A stretch of DNA of 64,000 bases from Ancylonema sp. (taxonomy: Eukaryota). Location: positions 1-64,000 of the forward strand of contig JBFLGF010000060.1 of the NCBI GenBank assembly GCA_050230475.1, in the 5' to 3' direction. Positions 26,570 through 40,475 of this stretch are shown piece after piece. A program made the translations under genes and the position numbers. Numbering within the stretch: the stretch's first letter is position 1; each line of letters starts with the position of its first letter. Below the pieces are notes generated by a model. That model did no database searches. It had not been told where the DNA came from and saw nothing but the letters and a program-made list of their open reading frames with translations.

Positions 26570-29201
26570 GTTCTGGTTGTCTTCCTGCGAGATCCAATAT
26601 GTTCGAGTTATGGGTTATGGAGCACGTGGCATGTACGGAGGTAAATCCCGTATACATAACTCTGAAATAACCAAAGCCACCTTATTAGGAAATAATTTTG
26701 AAACGTTGGGTTCGGCGTCAAGCGTCGGGCGTCGTTGACGGCCAGGATTCGGAATTGCACGGCCCATAATTGTTTTAGTTGCGTCGCACAAAAATCAAGA
26801 TTCAGTCGATTACGACAACCTTGTACCTATCACTTTTTGCCCTGCCCCTGAAAATTTCCTATTTTTTTAGACAGATTTTACTGTAATATAATTTTAATGC
26901 CTATGGGCGCACATCGTGCGCAAAAAATTACTCGCGCATAATGCGCGGGACGCGCACGCCAAAGACCCCACTATGATTTAGGGCCTCAGACGTTATATCG
27001 TACTCCCTCGAGTGTAAAATATAACTACTTATTTACTTATATACTACAAAATTCGACTTCCGAAATTCGATAACTTAAATTGTCTCGTTGCGGCACGCGT
27101 GGCGCATGCGTGCGCGAGCGCATGCGTGCAACATCCATGCGTCACGCGTGCGTAAATGTTGCGTATGGTGCGCGCCCAACCATGCTACGAAGGGGATCTC
27201 AGTTTTTGTAATCCACAATCAGTTGTCAAATAGTGTCCTAGCTGGCGATTTGGTCGTTGGAAACATGAGATTACGTAAAATCTGACGAAAAAATGATACC
27301 GAATATGTATATTGGTAGTATATTGGTTCATCGTCATAAACCGATATCTGGCATAATTGCCGCTGTACGTGACCGCAAACTCAAAACTTAAAACCCAAAA
27401 CCCAAAACCCAAAACCCTTTTCGTTGCGTATTGTTGTATTTTCGCAACCCCAAGCAACCCCCACGCAACCCCACGCAAATCCACGTAGCCCCAAAAAGCG
27501 ACACGCAACCCCAAATAGAAAAACTTAGCCCCCAAAAGCAGCACTCAGCCCGATGCAGCCTTGCGAAGCCCACTCGCAGCAAAAAAAACAAGTCACCCGC
27601 AAATGATGCATTAATATTTTGGACACAAAATTATGATACGTTTAATTCGATTCGATTTCGAATAAGTAACGCACGGCACATGATTACATTCCAGTAATAC
27701 GAAATCATTGGAACATAGTAAGAAGATATAATATTATTGGTGGACTTGGTGGAATGCCCGATTGTTGTCTATTGCATATGTTAGTCTACCAAATCAAATA
27801 TATATACTACAATATCCAAGCGAATGACATATATGCAGCTTTCACGTATTTTTCTCAAGGCTTTTGTGTACAAGTAACTAGCCAGTACATGAACTTTGGC
27901 CCTTGAAAAGTAGTCGCAAGAGAGGATACAAAAATTGCATGTAGAGCCTTTGCTTCATTGATATCACACCCTTGTTTTGGGATCGATGTTTTGGGAACGA
28001 TGATTTGTTGTTTTTTATAGTTGTTTTTTTCATACCTGCAATATCTCCATTTTGCGAAAGCGATGAGAGAATGTTCGTTTCTTCTTATGCCTTACGTGTT
28101 TTTGTATTTTTTCGTGTATAACGTTTTAAAGACACCCAAATCTTACATATTTCATTTAAAACACGATAAATACGGATGTGAGACACATGTGCATTGTGGC
28201 CTCGAGTGCGGTCCGAATTGTTACATCTCCCCGATGACCTTCGGAAGCTATTTGCTCGACATACAAAAGAAAGGTCATCACAAATTATTCAACAACCTAC
28301 GAATTCGTACCTCTAAACTTTTGAGCCCTTAACAAATTGGCACTACCTATTTTTGTGCCCTCCCTGCAATCCAAGAGGTCTCAACGTAGAGTTTACAACA
28401 GCCGCAACATGAAACCTCCTTGACCAAGCGATGAGTTACTCCATGATTTCTATTTTTATCAATGATTTGTATTTGTATCAAGTCTCTTTTGGGAGGATTT
28501 CTTTAAACAACATTTAATAATTTGAATAACCGATATCTGCAAATGAGTACACTTTACAAAGGCCGTATGCTGCCAAATTGTCGAGTTTTTTTTCAATCCC
28601 CGATGTTCCTCTCATCCTCCCACCACCTGAGCCACACAACAACGAATTATGAAACATAATTCATACATGAGTGAGTATATGTGAGCGAGTTGTACGGTAC
28701 CCACCAAGGACGAGGCATAAATTGGTAAAGCAATAGAATTGTCAGTCTCCTTTGAATCGGAACTGCAATTAAATGAAAGACAATTCCAATTTCATTCTCA
28801 TTTCCACAGGGGTTAGGAGGACTTTTTGTTCACGAGGTATTTCCCATAATTTTTTGAGGTCTATATTGGAATTTTAGGAGACCCAATGGTTGTACAAAAA
28901 TCCACATTTCATACGCAATTGGATACAAAAGAGTCCTGCGAGCCGAGGATTTGTTGAAAATTATATGATCCACCCTTTTTAGACTAATAGTAAAACAACA
29001 CCCGGTCGTGTAACAATATATTGAACTTACCACTAAAATATATCAAGAAGCCTCGCCTCCTTGGAGCTCCTTGCGTGAGGCACTGTCCCCCTCCCTTTCC
29101 CCCTCCCCGTCCCCTTCCCCTTCCCGTCTCCTTCCCCAATATATATATCATCTCAACGCTTAGTGCGTCCAAAGAAGCAAGAATTTCATGTGATGCTCCT
29201 T

Positions 29202-29437
29202 GCTGTGGCAAAGTGCCTGGCCAAGTGTATGTTACTCGTGGCGAAGTAAGTGCCTATTGTTCGTGGCGAAGTACAGACTCCGCGGTGAAGTGAGTCCACG
29301 AGGCACAAGAGGCACTTCGCCACAAACAACAAACGAGGGTGTCCGAAGTGGCACAAGATATTGGACTCACTTCTTCACGAACGACAATAACTTCGCCACG
29401 ACAGCAAACTCTTGGCCAGGCACTTCACCACAAAGCC
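29202..29437. repeat. Foldback (palindromic) MITE-like element
   Basis: Left arm TGTGGCAAAGTGCCTGGCCAAG...CGTGGCGAAGT mirrors right arm ACTTCGCCACG...CTTGGCCAGGCACTTCACCACA. Confidence 0.65.
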
Positions 29438-31882
29438 TCACATACAATTCTCGCCTCTGTAGACGCACTCGGCGTTCAGATGAGATATTTATGACATGTT
29501 GAACTGCACTACTCTTCTTAACTAAAAGTCAAGTACTCATATGTGCAATTCTGAAACTCATCCAACAAAACGCCATGAATACTTCGACAAGATACTCTTT
29601 CAAAGTCATTACATAAATGTATGGGTTCCAAAGACCCTTAGTACATGCGTCTGCTACCTCACACGACTCTCACAAAGACGCTATGCTGCACTTGACAGCC
29701 CCAAGCCTTATGATGATATCCACTTGTCACCTACGTGCAATACGTGTCACAATGTCTAACTAGTGACTACAAACGTCGACACGTTGTACCAGCCAAAACT
29801 TACACATGTCCAAAATATTCCAACTACTGTCACCACGTGCATATCTCTAAATGAAACAAATCACACAAAGACTGACTCAATTCTGACCACAGACGACGCG
29901 TATCGGTCACTTCAAAGTCACCTGATTAGCACTCAAACGCTATATTTGTAAAATCGATATCTTCCTAACCACAACTCCAAATCAACTTATTTATTCACTC
30001 AAATGTTTCTTACAACAAAACCTATCAAGGTAGAGCATCGACATATTTTCGCTTTAATTATACAAGCACTGATTCTGCTTTCTCACAATATTTTGGGAAA
30101 GAGAAAGTAAAATGGCATCGGAGCCTATTGCTAGAAGGGAGGGAGCGGAGTCGCGTCGTGCAACGAATACGACAACTCTACGTATAACCACCTAAAGCCC
30201 TAAACGTGTACAGTATCACGCAACTTCGTGCGTGACGTCGGCTCCGTGGGGCCCACGATGATGACGTGATCCCCAGGTTGCGGGAGGTAGTTTCGAGGCC
30301 ACTCCCGCGCCTTGAGACTGTCCAGCCATTGGTGGACGTGTCGGAAACTGCCGGAACGGCTGTCGCGTGGAAGACGAGTCAAAGGATAACAAGGGGCTTC
30401 CTTGCTGCAACGGTGACTGCTGCAGCTTGTTTGTGGCAAGGCTGCAGAAACGTCATGTCATCGTTTGAAGTTGATGTCAGGCGACGACGACTGCGAAGTG
30501 GTATCGCTTGAGTAACAGAGTGCGAGGGCGAAATACTTGCTGGTGGCTCGAATTATCGGCCCTCAAGTGCGATAGTAGACGTAGATGTCTCTCGGCTCCT
30601 GCAGACAAAACATATTTAGAGTCTTGAGCTAGATACAGGCGCTGTAACAAGCCTGATCGCAACCATCCCTTCCTCTCTGTAAGGTGGCTTGCGGTCATAC
30701 GGTTCCAGATCAGGATCAAGAACTGTCCTGCTCCGGGCTTTCAGAGCATCAGGGATCTCTGGTTTTTCTATCCATTCCTGTTATAAAAAATGGGCGGCTG
30801 TCTGTCTTCGCCCGTAGTGGATGGCGGCGCCCCTACGGTTAGCCGCGAGGGAAGCATCAAGGGCAAGGGGGTCTTTAAAGTGCCGAGCGTGTCAAAACTG
30901 GCAGGTGAGACACATACGAGGAACCCTGGGGAAACGACGAAAAAAATGCCGGTGGAATCACGTGGGAAGTTGCAGTGCTAGGCACGGTGGGGGTGCTGGT
31001 CCACTGCTACAAGCACGCAGTCGCGTATTAGGTCGGGTCGCATTAGGCCCAATGGGCATACACCATATGATCAGGAATGTGCAGCTGAAAATCAACGCTT
31101 ATGGCGCTTATGGCGCTTACGGCGCTTGTGACTATGTGGTCTCTGCGTCGTAATGCTTTACCCCTGCCCATACTCATCATATAGCTCATATCATCTACCC
31201 GCCGGATACCCGCCATATCTTATGCCCCACCCCATCCCAAACCACATGAATCCACAATTGCCCCACCCTTTGGCCCCACCCCGGTAGCAATACAAGCTCA
31301 AGCCCCACCCCTTTCCAGGCAATTTACCATGTTTATAGGACTACAACCCATTCTCGACGTCCCAGGATTTACCGCCACTTAATGCTCTAATGCTCTAGGA
31401 TGACCTGTTGTTATACCTTCAGAGCCCCACCCAAGGCATAATAATTAATCCGTGGGGGTTGTAAACCGTACTGTTCGGTGTGTGCGATACTTGACTCGAA
31501 CACGATGACGTGGAGTAGAGGTGGAGTACTCATTCGTTGATGGGATCTTGATATCTGCCAGGTTCGCTGGACACGTGTCAACTTTAAGTCAACTCAAGTC
31601 GACGCCCTCGCTGACGTGTCACTTTTACTTCCTTTCGTGCAGCCAAGTCAGTGGCGCCGATCCAAACGATCACAGGAGATCCCTTGGACGTCGTCGACGA
31701 TATCTATGAAATCGGTACGAATCAAACTCTGGATTCCTCACGAATGTGATTCCTTGAAACAACAACACACACCTGTCCCCTGCCCCCTATATTCATTCCT
31801 TGAAGATGTATGAACCAACAACAAACAACAAACATCGATCATCAGAAATCGGAATTCCTTGTCCTACAAGGGTCACAGATCC

Positions 31883-31953
31883 GTCCACAGACCACAGTCC
31901 ACAGTCCACAGTCCACAGTCCACAGTCCACAGTCCACAGTCCACAGTCCACAG
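31883..31953 (+). repeat. (GTCCACA)n heptamer tandem repeat in CDPK intron 2
   Basis: About 10 near-perfect units read directly. Confidence 0.9.
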
Positions 31954-33049
31954 TACATCATCCACCTCCCCTCTCACACCACGAGCGATAGGACGCGTGG
32001 GTGTGGGCATGAAAGGAATGATCCCGGGCTCATCCGTGTATTCCCTGTCAGGTCCTGAACTCGGTCGCGGTCTCTTCGGCGTCACCCGCTGTGTGGTCCA
32101 CAAGGCGAGTGGGAACAAGTACGCGTGCAAAACGATCAACAAGGTGAGGAGAGGAAGAAGGGGGGGGGGGGAATATCATCTCTACTCATGCTATTGTGCC
32201 CAACTAAAAACTTCCCATTGTTACTTTACGGGTCACGGTTCATGACTCATCACTCATTCCAAGGGGAGCTGAATACAAATACGTGACTATATGAATCTGT
32301 GAATCTGTGAACATGTGAACATGTGTTGTGAATATTGGTGGGCACACGGGTATCCCTCTCCTCCTCTCCAGAGGGGGAACGGATGCAGTCATGTGACACC
32401 CCATCGTCTGTTTCCTTTTCCTTTTCCAGTTGTACGCGGAGAGGGAGTGGGGGGCCAAGGGAGGAAAGAATAAGGTGAGGCAACAATGCCCTGTACTCAC
32501 ACTCACAAAAGAAAAGAAAATGTCCCTACAGGGATGTCACTCACTTCATTTCTCATCCCGTCCCCCCCCTCTCCCTACCTGTCTCCCCCCCCCCCCGGCC
32601 CCCCCAGCGCCGCGTTTCGATCAACAACTTCTCCGCCCTCCAGAGGGAGCTCTCCATCCTGCGCCACGTCACCACCTCACGCCACGTGGCGTCACTCCAC
32701 GAGGTCCACGAGGACCACCACAGCGTCCACCTCATCCTCGACCTGTGCCAGGGTGGCATGCTGTACGACACGGTCTAGGAAAAGGGGCAGTATAGCGAGA
32801 GGGAGGCTGCCAGTATCGTGCGCAGTATGGTGGAGGGGGTGGGGGAACTGCAGGGGAGGGGGGTGGTGCATCGGGACCTGAAACTTGAAAACTTCGTTTG
32901 GGAGAGTTAGGAGGAGGGGGCGGAGCTGAGAGTCATCGATTTCGGGCTGTCTGCGTTCTTTGTACCAGGTGCGGAAGGGAGAAGGAAGGGGATCAAAGTT
33001 TTTTTTTTTTTGTTTGGTCTTAAACTTCCAATGTAAAATAAAATAAAAA

Positions 33050-33098
33050 TGTATGATTATTATTAGTATACTATTAATCATCATCATTGTCGTCATTC

Positions 33099-33131
<33 letters not shown>

Positions 33132-33210
33132 CCATTATCACCATCATTATCATCATGATCATCATTGTTTTTACTGTCATTACTATAAGTATTATAATTA
33201 TTATAATAAT

Positions 33211-33289
<79 letters not shown>

Positions 33290-33595
33290 ATTATTATTAT
33301 TATTATTGTTATCATTATTATTATTATTATTATTGTTACTATTATTATTATTATTATTATTGTCATCATTGTTATTATTATTGTTATCGTTATTGTAAGT
33401 TTTATCATTATTTTTATTACTTTTACTATTATTATTATTGTTGTTATCATTATTATCATTTTTATTATTATTATTATTATTTTCATCATTATTATTATTA
33501 AACATTATTATCAATATCATCACGATTCTTATTATTTATACTATTATTTTTATGATTTTGTATACTCATCATCACTGCTATCATTACCATAACAA
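33050..33595. repeat. Compound (ATC)n/(ATA)n/(ATT)n microsatellite in CDPK intron 4
   Basis: Read directly; it generates the spurious poly-Ile and poly-Asn ORFs. Confidence 0.95.
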
Positions 33596-33660
33596 CGATC
33601 ACTTTACTTCATTTTGTTTCCCCCCTCCGTTTCGTTTTCCCTTCCCGGACCATTTGCTGA

Positions 33661-34125
<465 letters not shown>

Positions 34126-36949
34126 TGAGCAAGGATCCGTGGGGTGCCATCAGCGATTCTGCCAAGGACGTGATTGGACACATGCTGGAGATGGACGTGA
34201 ACAAAAGATGGACGGCAGAACAAATACTGGGTGAGGAGGAAGGAAGGAGGGGAGTCTTTGCTTATCGCTCGTGTTCATGATCGCATAGATGCCTCAGAAT
34301 AGACACGAGGGCGCAACAGTAGGGCTATCTGAAAGAAGGCTTTCTGAGGACAAAGAAAATATGATAAAAAAAAAAAATTGGGTCATTTTTTTTGCTGACG
34401 TGGCAGCCCACGACTGGGTCCGCGCCGACGGCGTGGCCTCCGACCGCCCAATCCCCACCGCCATCCTCGCACGCGTGAAACAGTTCGTGCTGATGAACCG
34501 AATGAAGCGCCACGCGTACGCAGTCATCGCGGGCAACTGCCTCGACTCCGAAGAGCTTTCCATCATACAAGAAGAATTCGAGCGCCTGGACACAAACGCG
34601 GACGGCTTACTGACGTTCCAAGAACTTTGGGATGGAATCCGCGCCGTCCAACCCGAAGTGAGCGAGGAGGCCGTGAAATCCGTTTTTGTGGCGGCAGATA
34701 TCGATAACAGCGGGAGTCTCGATTTGAGCGAATACGCGTCCGCCATCATGGTGAAGAGGATGGATTCGAAGAGGATGAAGAAAGCGTTTGACTATTTTGA
34801 CCAGGGGGGTGGAGGGTTTATTACTGCGGAGGATTTGAGGGCGGTGTTGAGGGAGGGGGATGAGGAGGGGGCGGTGGAGGGGTTAATCGACGAAGTGGAC
34901 AAGAATAAGGTGGGGGAGGGGGGAGGGCGAGTAATGGGTTTTGTCCAATGCTTTAATTGCCCTTTTTGTTTTTTTTGTTTTTTTTTCTTGTTTTCTTCTT
35001 TTTCTTCTTATTTTTCTTCTCTTGCCCCCATTAGTTATGCCTCAAATTTTGAAGGACGAATTGTGAGTATTTTGTTTATGTTCACGAAATATTTTATGCT
35101 CACGGTAATGCAATTTTTTAATTTTAGTCTGCTTCTTGAAGCTTCGGGTTCTCAACGTGTTGAGAGCTCATGATGTTGTTTTGTACAACCAAACAACACA
35201 TTTTTTCTCCCCTTACAATTGAGCATTTTATGTCTCGGGTGTGCAGGACGGCAAAATCGACTACGAGGAGTTTGAAGCGATGATGCTCGAAGGCACTGAG
35301 AAGGCGGTGGAGGGGCTCTCACTACGAGGCTCCCTAGGGAGACTGAGTAGATTAGGTGAGTATTACGCGTGTGACCCTCACGTACAATTGGACAAGTTGT
35401 ACGCACAAACGGAAGAGGAGTCGACCACATCATGACATTGTCGGTTCTCAATGCGTTTGTAGAATTTGTTAATATATGTAGAGTCGAGCAAACACATGGC
35501 CGTTGGGGATTTCAGAGTTTATTTAACTATTGCATGCATGTGCCCTCCACCGAATGTTACGATGGACGATGTAGTATTCCACAAAGTCACGGCGCATGTT
35601 CAACTCACATCAGTCTGTGTTTGTGCAATTGTTAATGCTCAACTTGCTTCTTGTCTAACGCTGCTTAGTCACTAAATGATGTGACAAAAATCGGTCGGCA
35701 AGCATGTCTAGTACACGATGCATGTACGCTCCATTGTGGTCCCGTGGTATCAACTGTGAACCATCCAGTGAATCTTCCACTCTACTCCGTCAAAACATGA
35801 CACGTGATTGGTACAAGACATCAACGTTCGAAAGTATGTTTGCGACCATAAACAACACTCTCACACGTTGTACATTCCCTAGAAGATTAGTGGTAGACTA
35901 CTACTAATAGTACTACTACTAGTGGTACTACTATAGTTTTGATGGAGTCCAGTAGTATGCTAAGCCGCAATCTAGCAATTTGGTGAGTAATGTCTCGGTA
36001 GGTAGTGCGGTCATACCGCAAGTGGTAGACGGTAGTTTGGCCGCAACAAATGAACATCAACACAACTGGTATTAACTTGATGTCACTGGCGATAGCAAGT
36101 GGCACCAGTATTAGGGTGGGTCCTTGTGGTTCAAGGCAAGCACCATGGTAGGTTCAAGGAACACCTATGCACTCGTCTTCTCGGAGGTGTACCTACAATT
36201 TTTTGTTTGTACTACGAGCAAATTACAGAAGTTGCATATCTTGAAAGACGAGTGTAGAGGTAGGTACATCTTTAGTCGAACATGATATTTCACTTTTGCT
36301 ACAAATCAATGGTTGCACAAGTTAGTTCCCTCAAGCATACAAAAGGCCAAACATGGTTTTCCAAAACGGTCCAAAACACTTTCGGATGCTTTCCGAACAC
36401 ACCAGCGTTCAAGCACGTTCGGTGCGCGACCAGAACCAATTGAATGACAAAAAAAAAAAAAAAAAAAAAAATGTCAGACTTAGGTGCCATAACTTGATGT
36501 TGTACTTGGCATAATTGGTCCCCGAGCCGGCTCGGATCCGGCTCGTAAAATCCGCGAGCGGAGCGGGACCCACAGGGGAAAAAAAAAAAAAACCTTGATT
36601 TTGGTCTCAAAATGAGTGCATATGAACGTCACACACAAAGTTGTCAAAAAGAATTAAAAATAAACCTTATATCAGAATCCTATATGAAAACCCACTCGAT
36701 GTAGTGACGATCGCTAAGTGACACACGTTGCAGTGACCAAATGTTCCCAGATTTTACTGTAAAACCTGTAAAACCTGAGTAAAACCTGTCTAAAGGAATA
36801 CTGTCTAAAGGAATAACCTTTCTAATCGAATAAAAATTCCCGGTCCCGACGTTGGGTGAGTGTAATTATTCCAAAAGCTGCATAACTCTCTAAAGAGAGT
36901 TACGCATTCAAATCCCGCATTCAAATCACCGCGCCCGGGAGGCAGTCAC

Positions 36950-39900
36950 GCGATCTTTCCTAAGTGTCGCATATCTTGTCCATTCTTAGATTTTTAAAAT
37001 TCAGTATGTAGCCCTTTGTACAGGCTACATTTTGAGCCCAAGTAGGTGTTAAGATTCGCCGTATTACTTCCGCAATGTCATTTCCTTTTCAGCTGATTTT
37101 GGCCTAGTTTGAGACCCTACGGCAACGGCCGGAGGGGGAGGGACTCAAGGGTCCCTCCCCAAGCTTTCAGCTAGGGGTAGGCCTTTGATTTACTGCCCCA
37201 ACAATGGTGGAAAGCACTATACGAGCGCCGCATGGTTGGCACGTCATGTCGCATCATGTGTTCCGGCCACTGCATTGAGTGGAGGAGGCCCCGCACATGC
37301 TTCACCGGCCCTTCCCCGCCTCCCACCTCCGTCTTTCGTGGTCGTGGGCCCTCGATACTACACTTTGCGATCCTACTGCCACAAGGATTGTGCCCAGCCG
37401 CGCGCCCCGCCTATATTGGAAGATCCCTTATGCCATCCGGGTAGAAGTCCAACGCGCTTTTGTGCTTCCGCTCCGTCGCTTGAGGGATGACCCTAGGAAT
37501 ATTGCTGCGTGGAAGGTATTTTCCCTGTTTGGTGCCTTCCCCTCCCATACCACGGGGGTCAGGTTGGCCATAGGGAAACGAGGCGACGTATTACTCGAGA
37601 TTTCTTGGGGGAGATTGGGAATCGCTGCATCATGCATATTGCTCGCTGTACCCCGCCCCCTCAGGAGAGAGGCAGCAGCGGAGGGGGGGGGGCGGGGGAG
37701 GGGACGGATGGTGGGAGGAGGGAGGGGGGAAGAAGTGGGGGCGTCGGAGGCACAGTTGGGGAAGGTGGAGGGGGTGGGGGGAATCTTAAACGTGCGCTTT
37801 TTTTGAGAAGGAGTGGTGAGCTGTCGCGGTCGGCTCGGGCCCTAGTGTCACAACCTCTAGCGCGTGGGACGGAAGAGACTGTGGCACAGCTGCGTGACTT
37901 GCACCCCATTGCCCCAGCTACTCTCCCAGATTTTGTTGGGGATTTCAGGCCTCCCGACGATTTCATTCTCGAAAGGGACTCATTCGCTGTGGCGTTGCAA
38001 GGGGCCCCATGCAGGGTTGTCTGGAATGGTGTTTGAACATTTTCGTGACATTTCTCGATCCGGATGACCCTGCTAGTGGTTTTGACTTTTTGTTCCACGT
38101 GGCTGTCATATTGCGAGGGGTCGCATTCCGGCGTCTATTTGTCATCTATTGGGGGTATCTCGGCTGGTGGCGTTGAATAAGGGTGGCGGGGCGGTATGTC
38201 CCCTTGCTGTGGGGGAGGGGTTTTATCGTTTGATCAGCCGTGCGATATGCCTTCAGATCCGGGAGGCGCTTCACGACCATTTCGAATGACAGTACGGCTT
38301 TGTTTTTAAAAGGGGGGTGTGAGATGGTAATCTGGGGGGTGCGACTTCTTTTGGAAGCGCCGTCCATCTTGGGGTGTCATCCAGGTGGACGTGAAGAACG
38401 CATTCAACACCATCAACCGCGAGGCGTTCTTTGAGGAGCTTCGTGATTCGGGGGGGGGGGTTGAGTAGTTTGTTCCCGTTTGTGCGAACTTTTTATGGGG
38501 GGTCTTCCCCCCTATTCTTCCCTGCTAGTGATCTGGCGGGGGGGGAGGAGGTAGTGGAGTTGGCGTCTTCGACCGGGACTCGTCAGGGGGATCCCCTTGG
38601 AGGGGTATTGTTAGCCCTCGGCCACCAGCAGGCTTTTCGAACCACCGCAGCGGCGTTTCCGGACTGCGCCTTCCCTTCAATTGCAGATGAAACCCATATC
38701 GTGGGGTCCCCTCCCCGTGTGGGAGGCTTTCAACTTTTTTGTGGAGGAGCTCGCAAAACTCGGCCTTTCCGTGCAACCGTTCAAGTGTGTGGCGTGGTCA
38801 CCATCTGGTCGGGAGGTGTTTCCGATTCTTCCGGAGGGGTGTTCTTATGCTACATGGCATTCGTGTGTTGGGGGCGCCTTTTGGGACGAACGAGTTTGTG
38901 CGAGGCTTCTTGGCAAACTGCGTTGGAGGAAGATACGCGGGGTCTTCAACAATTATGCCTCCTTGAGGATCCGCAGGTGGCCCTCCGCCTACTTACGCAG
39001 GGTTTGCTCGACCATCGTATCTGCTGCGTACTTGCCACCCTACCTCTTCCTTCCTCAACCAGCTCAACCAGCTCGGAGAGTACGATGCGACGTTGTGGAG
39101 GGTTGTAGAGGCAGATCTATTGGGCGGGGTGGTTGGTTGCACTTCGGACCATATTGGTTTGTCGCGTGACTAAGCTTGTTTTCCGATCGCCCGGGGGGGC
39201 GTGGATTTGGCTCGTACTCGGGTTCTTGCCCCACTTGCGTTTATTGGCTCTTATGCTCTCGCCGCGCCTGCACTCGCATCAGCTTTCCAGCAGCACGGTT
39301 TCCCGTTTTTCAGCACTGTGGACGAGGGAGTTCTACGAACACAGATCGTGCTTCGAGAAACGCGACAACTTCTTCACCCAACAGCTCGCGCGACACTGCC
39401 TCCATATGCCACCTTGGCCGTGGCTTCTGTTCCTCACTTGCAGCCGACACTTCTTGATGCTACCCACGCTGTGCTCCGTTTGAGGTGCTTGTGGCGAGCA
39501 CCGATCTCGCGACATCGAGGGCGAGGCTTCGGTCCGCCAGTGGACCCGGTGCGGGTCATTGGCTCTACAGGCGTCCCCCATCATTCCCTCCCTTTGTATC
39601 CCCCCTCCTCTATTCCTTACTGCCGTGCGCCTGCGCCTCGGATTTCCCCACCCTTGCCTTGCTACCTATTATACGTGCGCGTGCGGCAACTCTATGGACG
39701 CCCTGGGTACGCATCTTATGCGCTGCAGTCGAGGGGGGAAGCGCACTTCATCTCATGACTCGGTGCGAGATTCTATATCACATCCTCCGCGAGTCGGGTC
39801 CGCATGTTCAACGAGAACGTACGGGGTTTCTTCCGTTCCTCCGCTCCGGGCGGCGTGGGGGGCGAGTGGATATTGTTATTTCGGATGTGGTGGAGGGGCA

Positions 39901-40446
39901 TATTTTGGTGGATGTGGTCATTGCTCACCCCACGCGGCGTGACTTGGTGGATCTCGCGGCTTGTCGAGGGTTGGTGGCCGCATAAGATGCAGAACGGCGC
40001 AAAGAAACTCATTATCGTGATCGCGCGGCAGGGACCAAGTTTATCCCGTTTGCGTTAGAGGCGTACGGTGCGCTTTCCGATGCAAGCAATCGGTTATTGG
40101 TGGATTGTGCTCACCGTGCGGCGCAACTGAATGGGCGATCGGGGCGGAATGTTAGTTTGTTAGTTACTTGGTTTCGGCAGAGAGTTTCTGTTGCTTTACA
40201 ACGTTCTCTAGCACATGCAATCCATAGAACGTTGCGATTGGAAGAGGGTATGGCTCTGTTATTACCTCCCCCCCCTCCGCGGGTGTTATTGTCGTCAGTA
40301 GAGTGAAGGATTGTTGCTCGGTTGTTTTAGGGTTGGGGTTGTTTTCCTTCTTCTGTTCCGTTAGGTTGGTACGATAACGTTGGTGTTGTACTCAGATGGG
40401 GTTCCCATCGTGCTTTAATAAAATGCGTCTCCTTTTTTTTTATATC
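36950..40446 (+). mobile_element. Degenerate CRE-like non-LTR retrotransposon (zinc finger, RT, CCHC, restriction-like endonuclease)
   Basis: Across frameshifts: CP...WLARHVASC; PLAVGEGFYRL; VDVKNAFNTINR; GTRQGDPLG; IADE (degenerate YxDD); GIRVLGAPFG; CACG...HLMRC...HD; RVDI...DV; K...Y; FIPFALEAYG; AATAAA at ~40417; 5' boundary approximate. Confidence 0.85.
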
Positions 40447-40475
40447 AGAAGTTTGGAGTCGTATATAGTCGCCGT

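Noticed and set aside
36667..40450. TTATATCAGAA at 36667 and 40440 as the TSD of the CRE-like element
   Set aside because: It would enclose unrelated pogo-MITE remnants and is AT-rich; may be chance, cannot be confirmed
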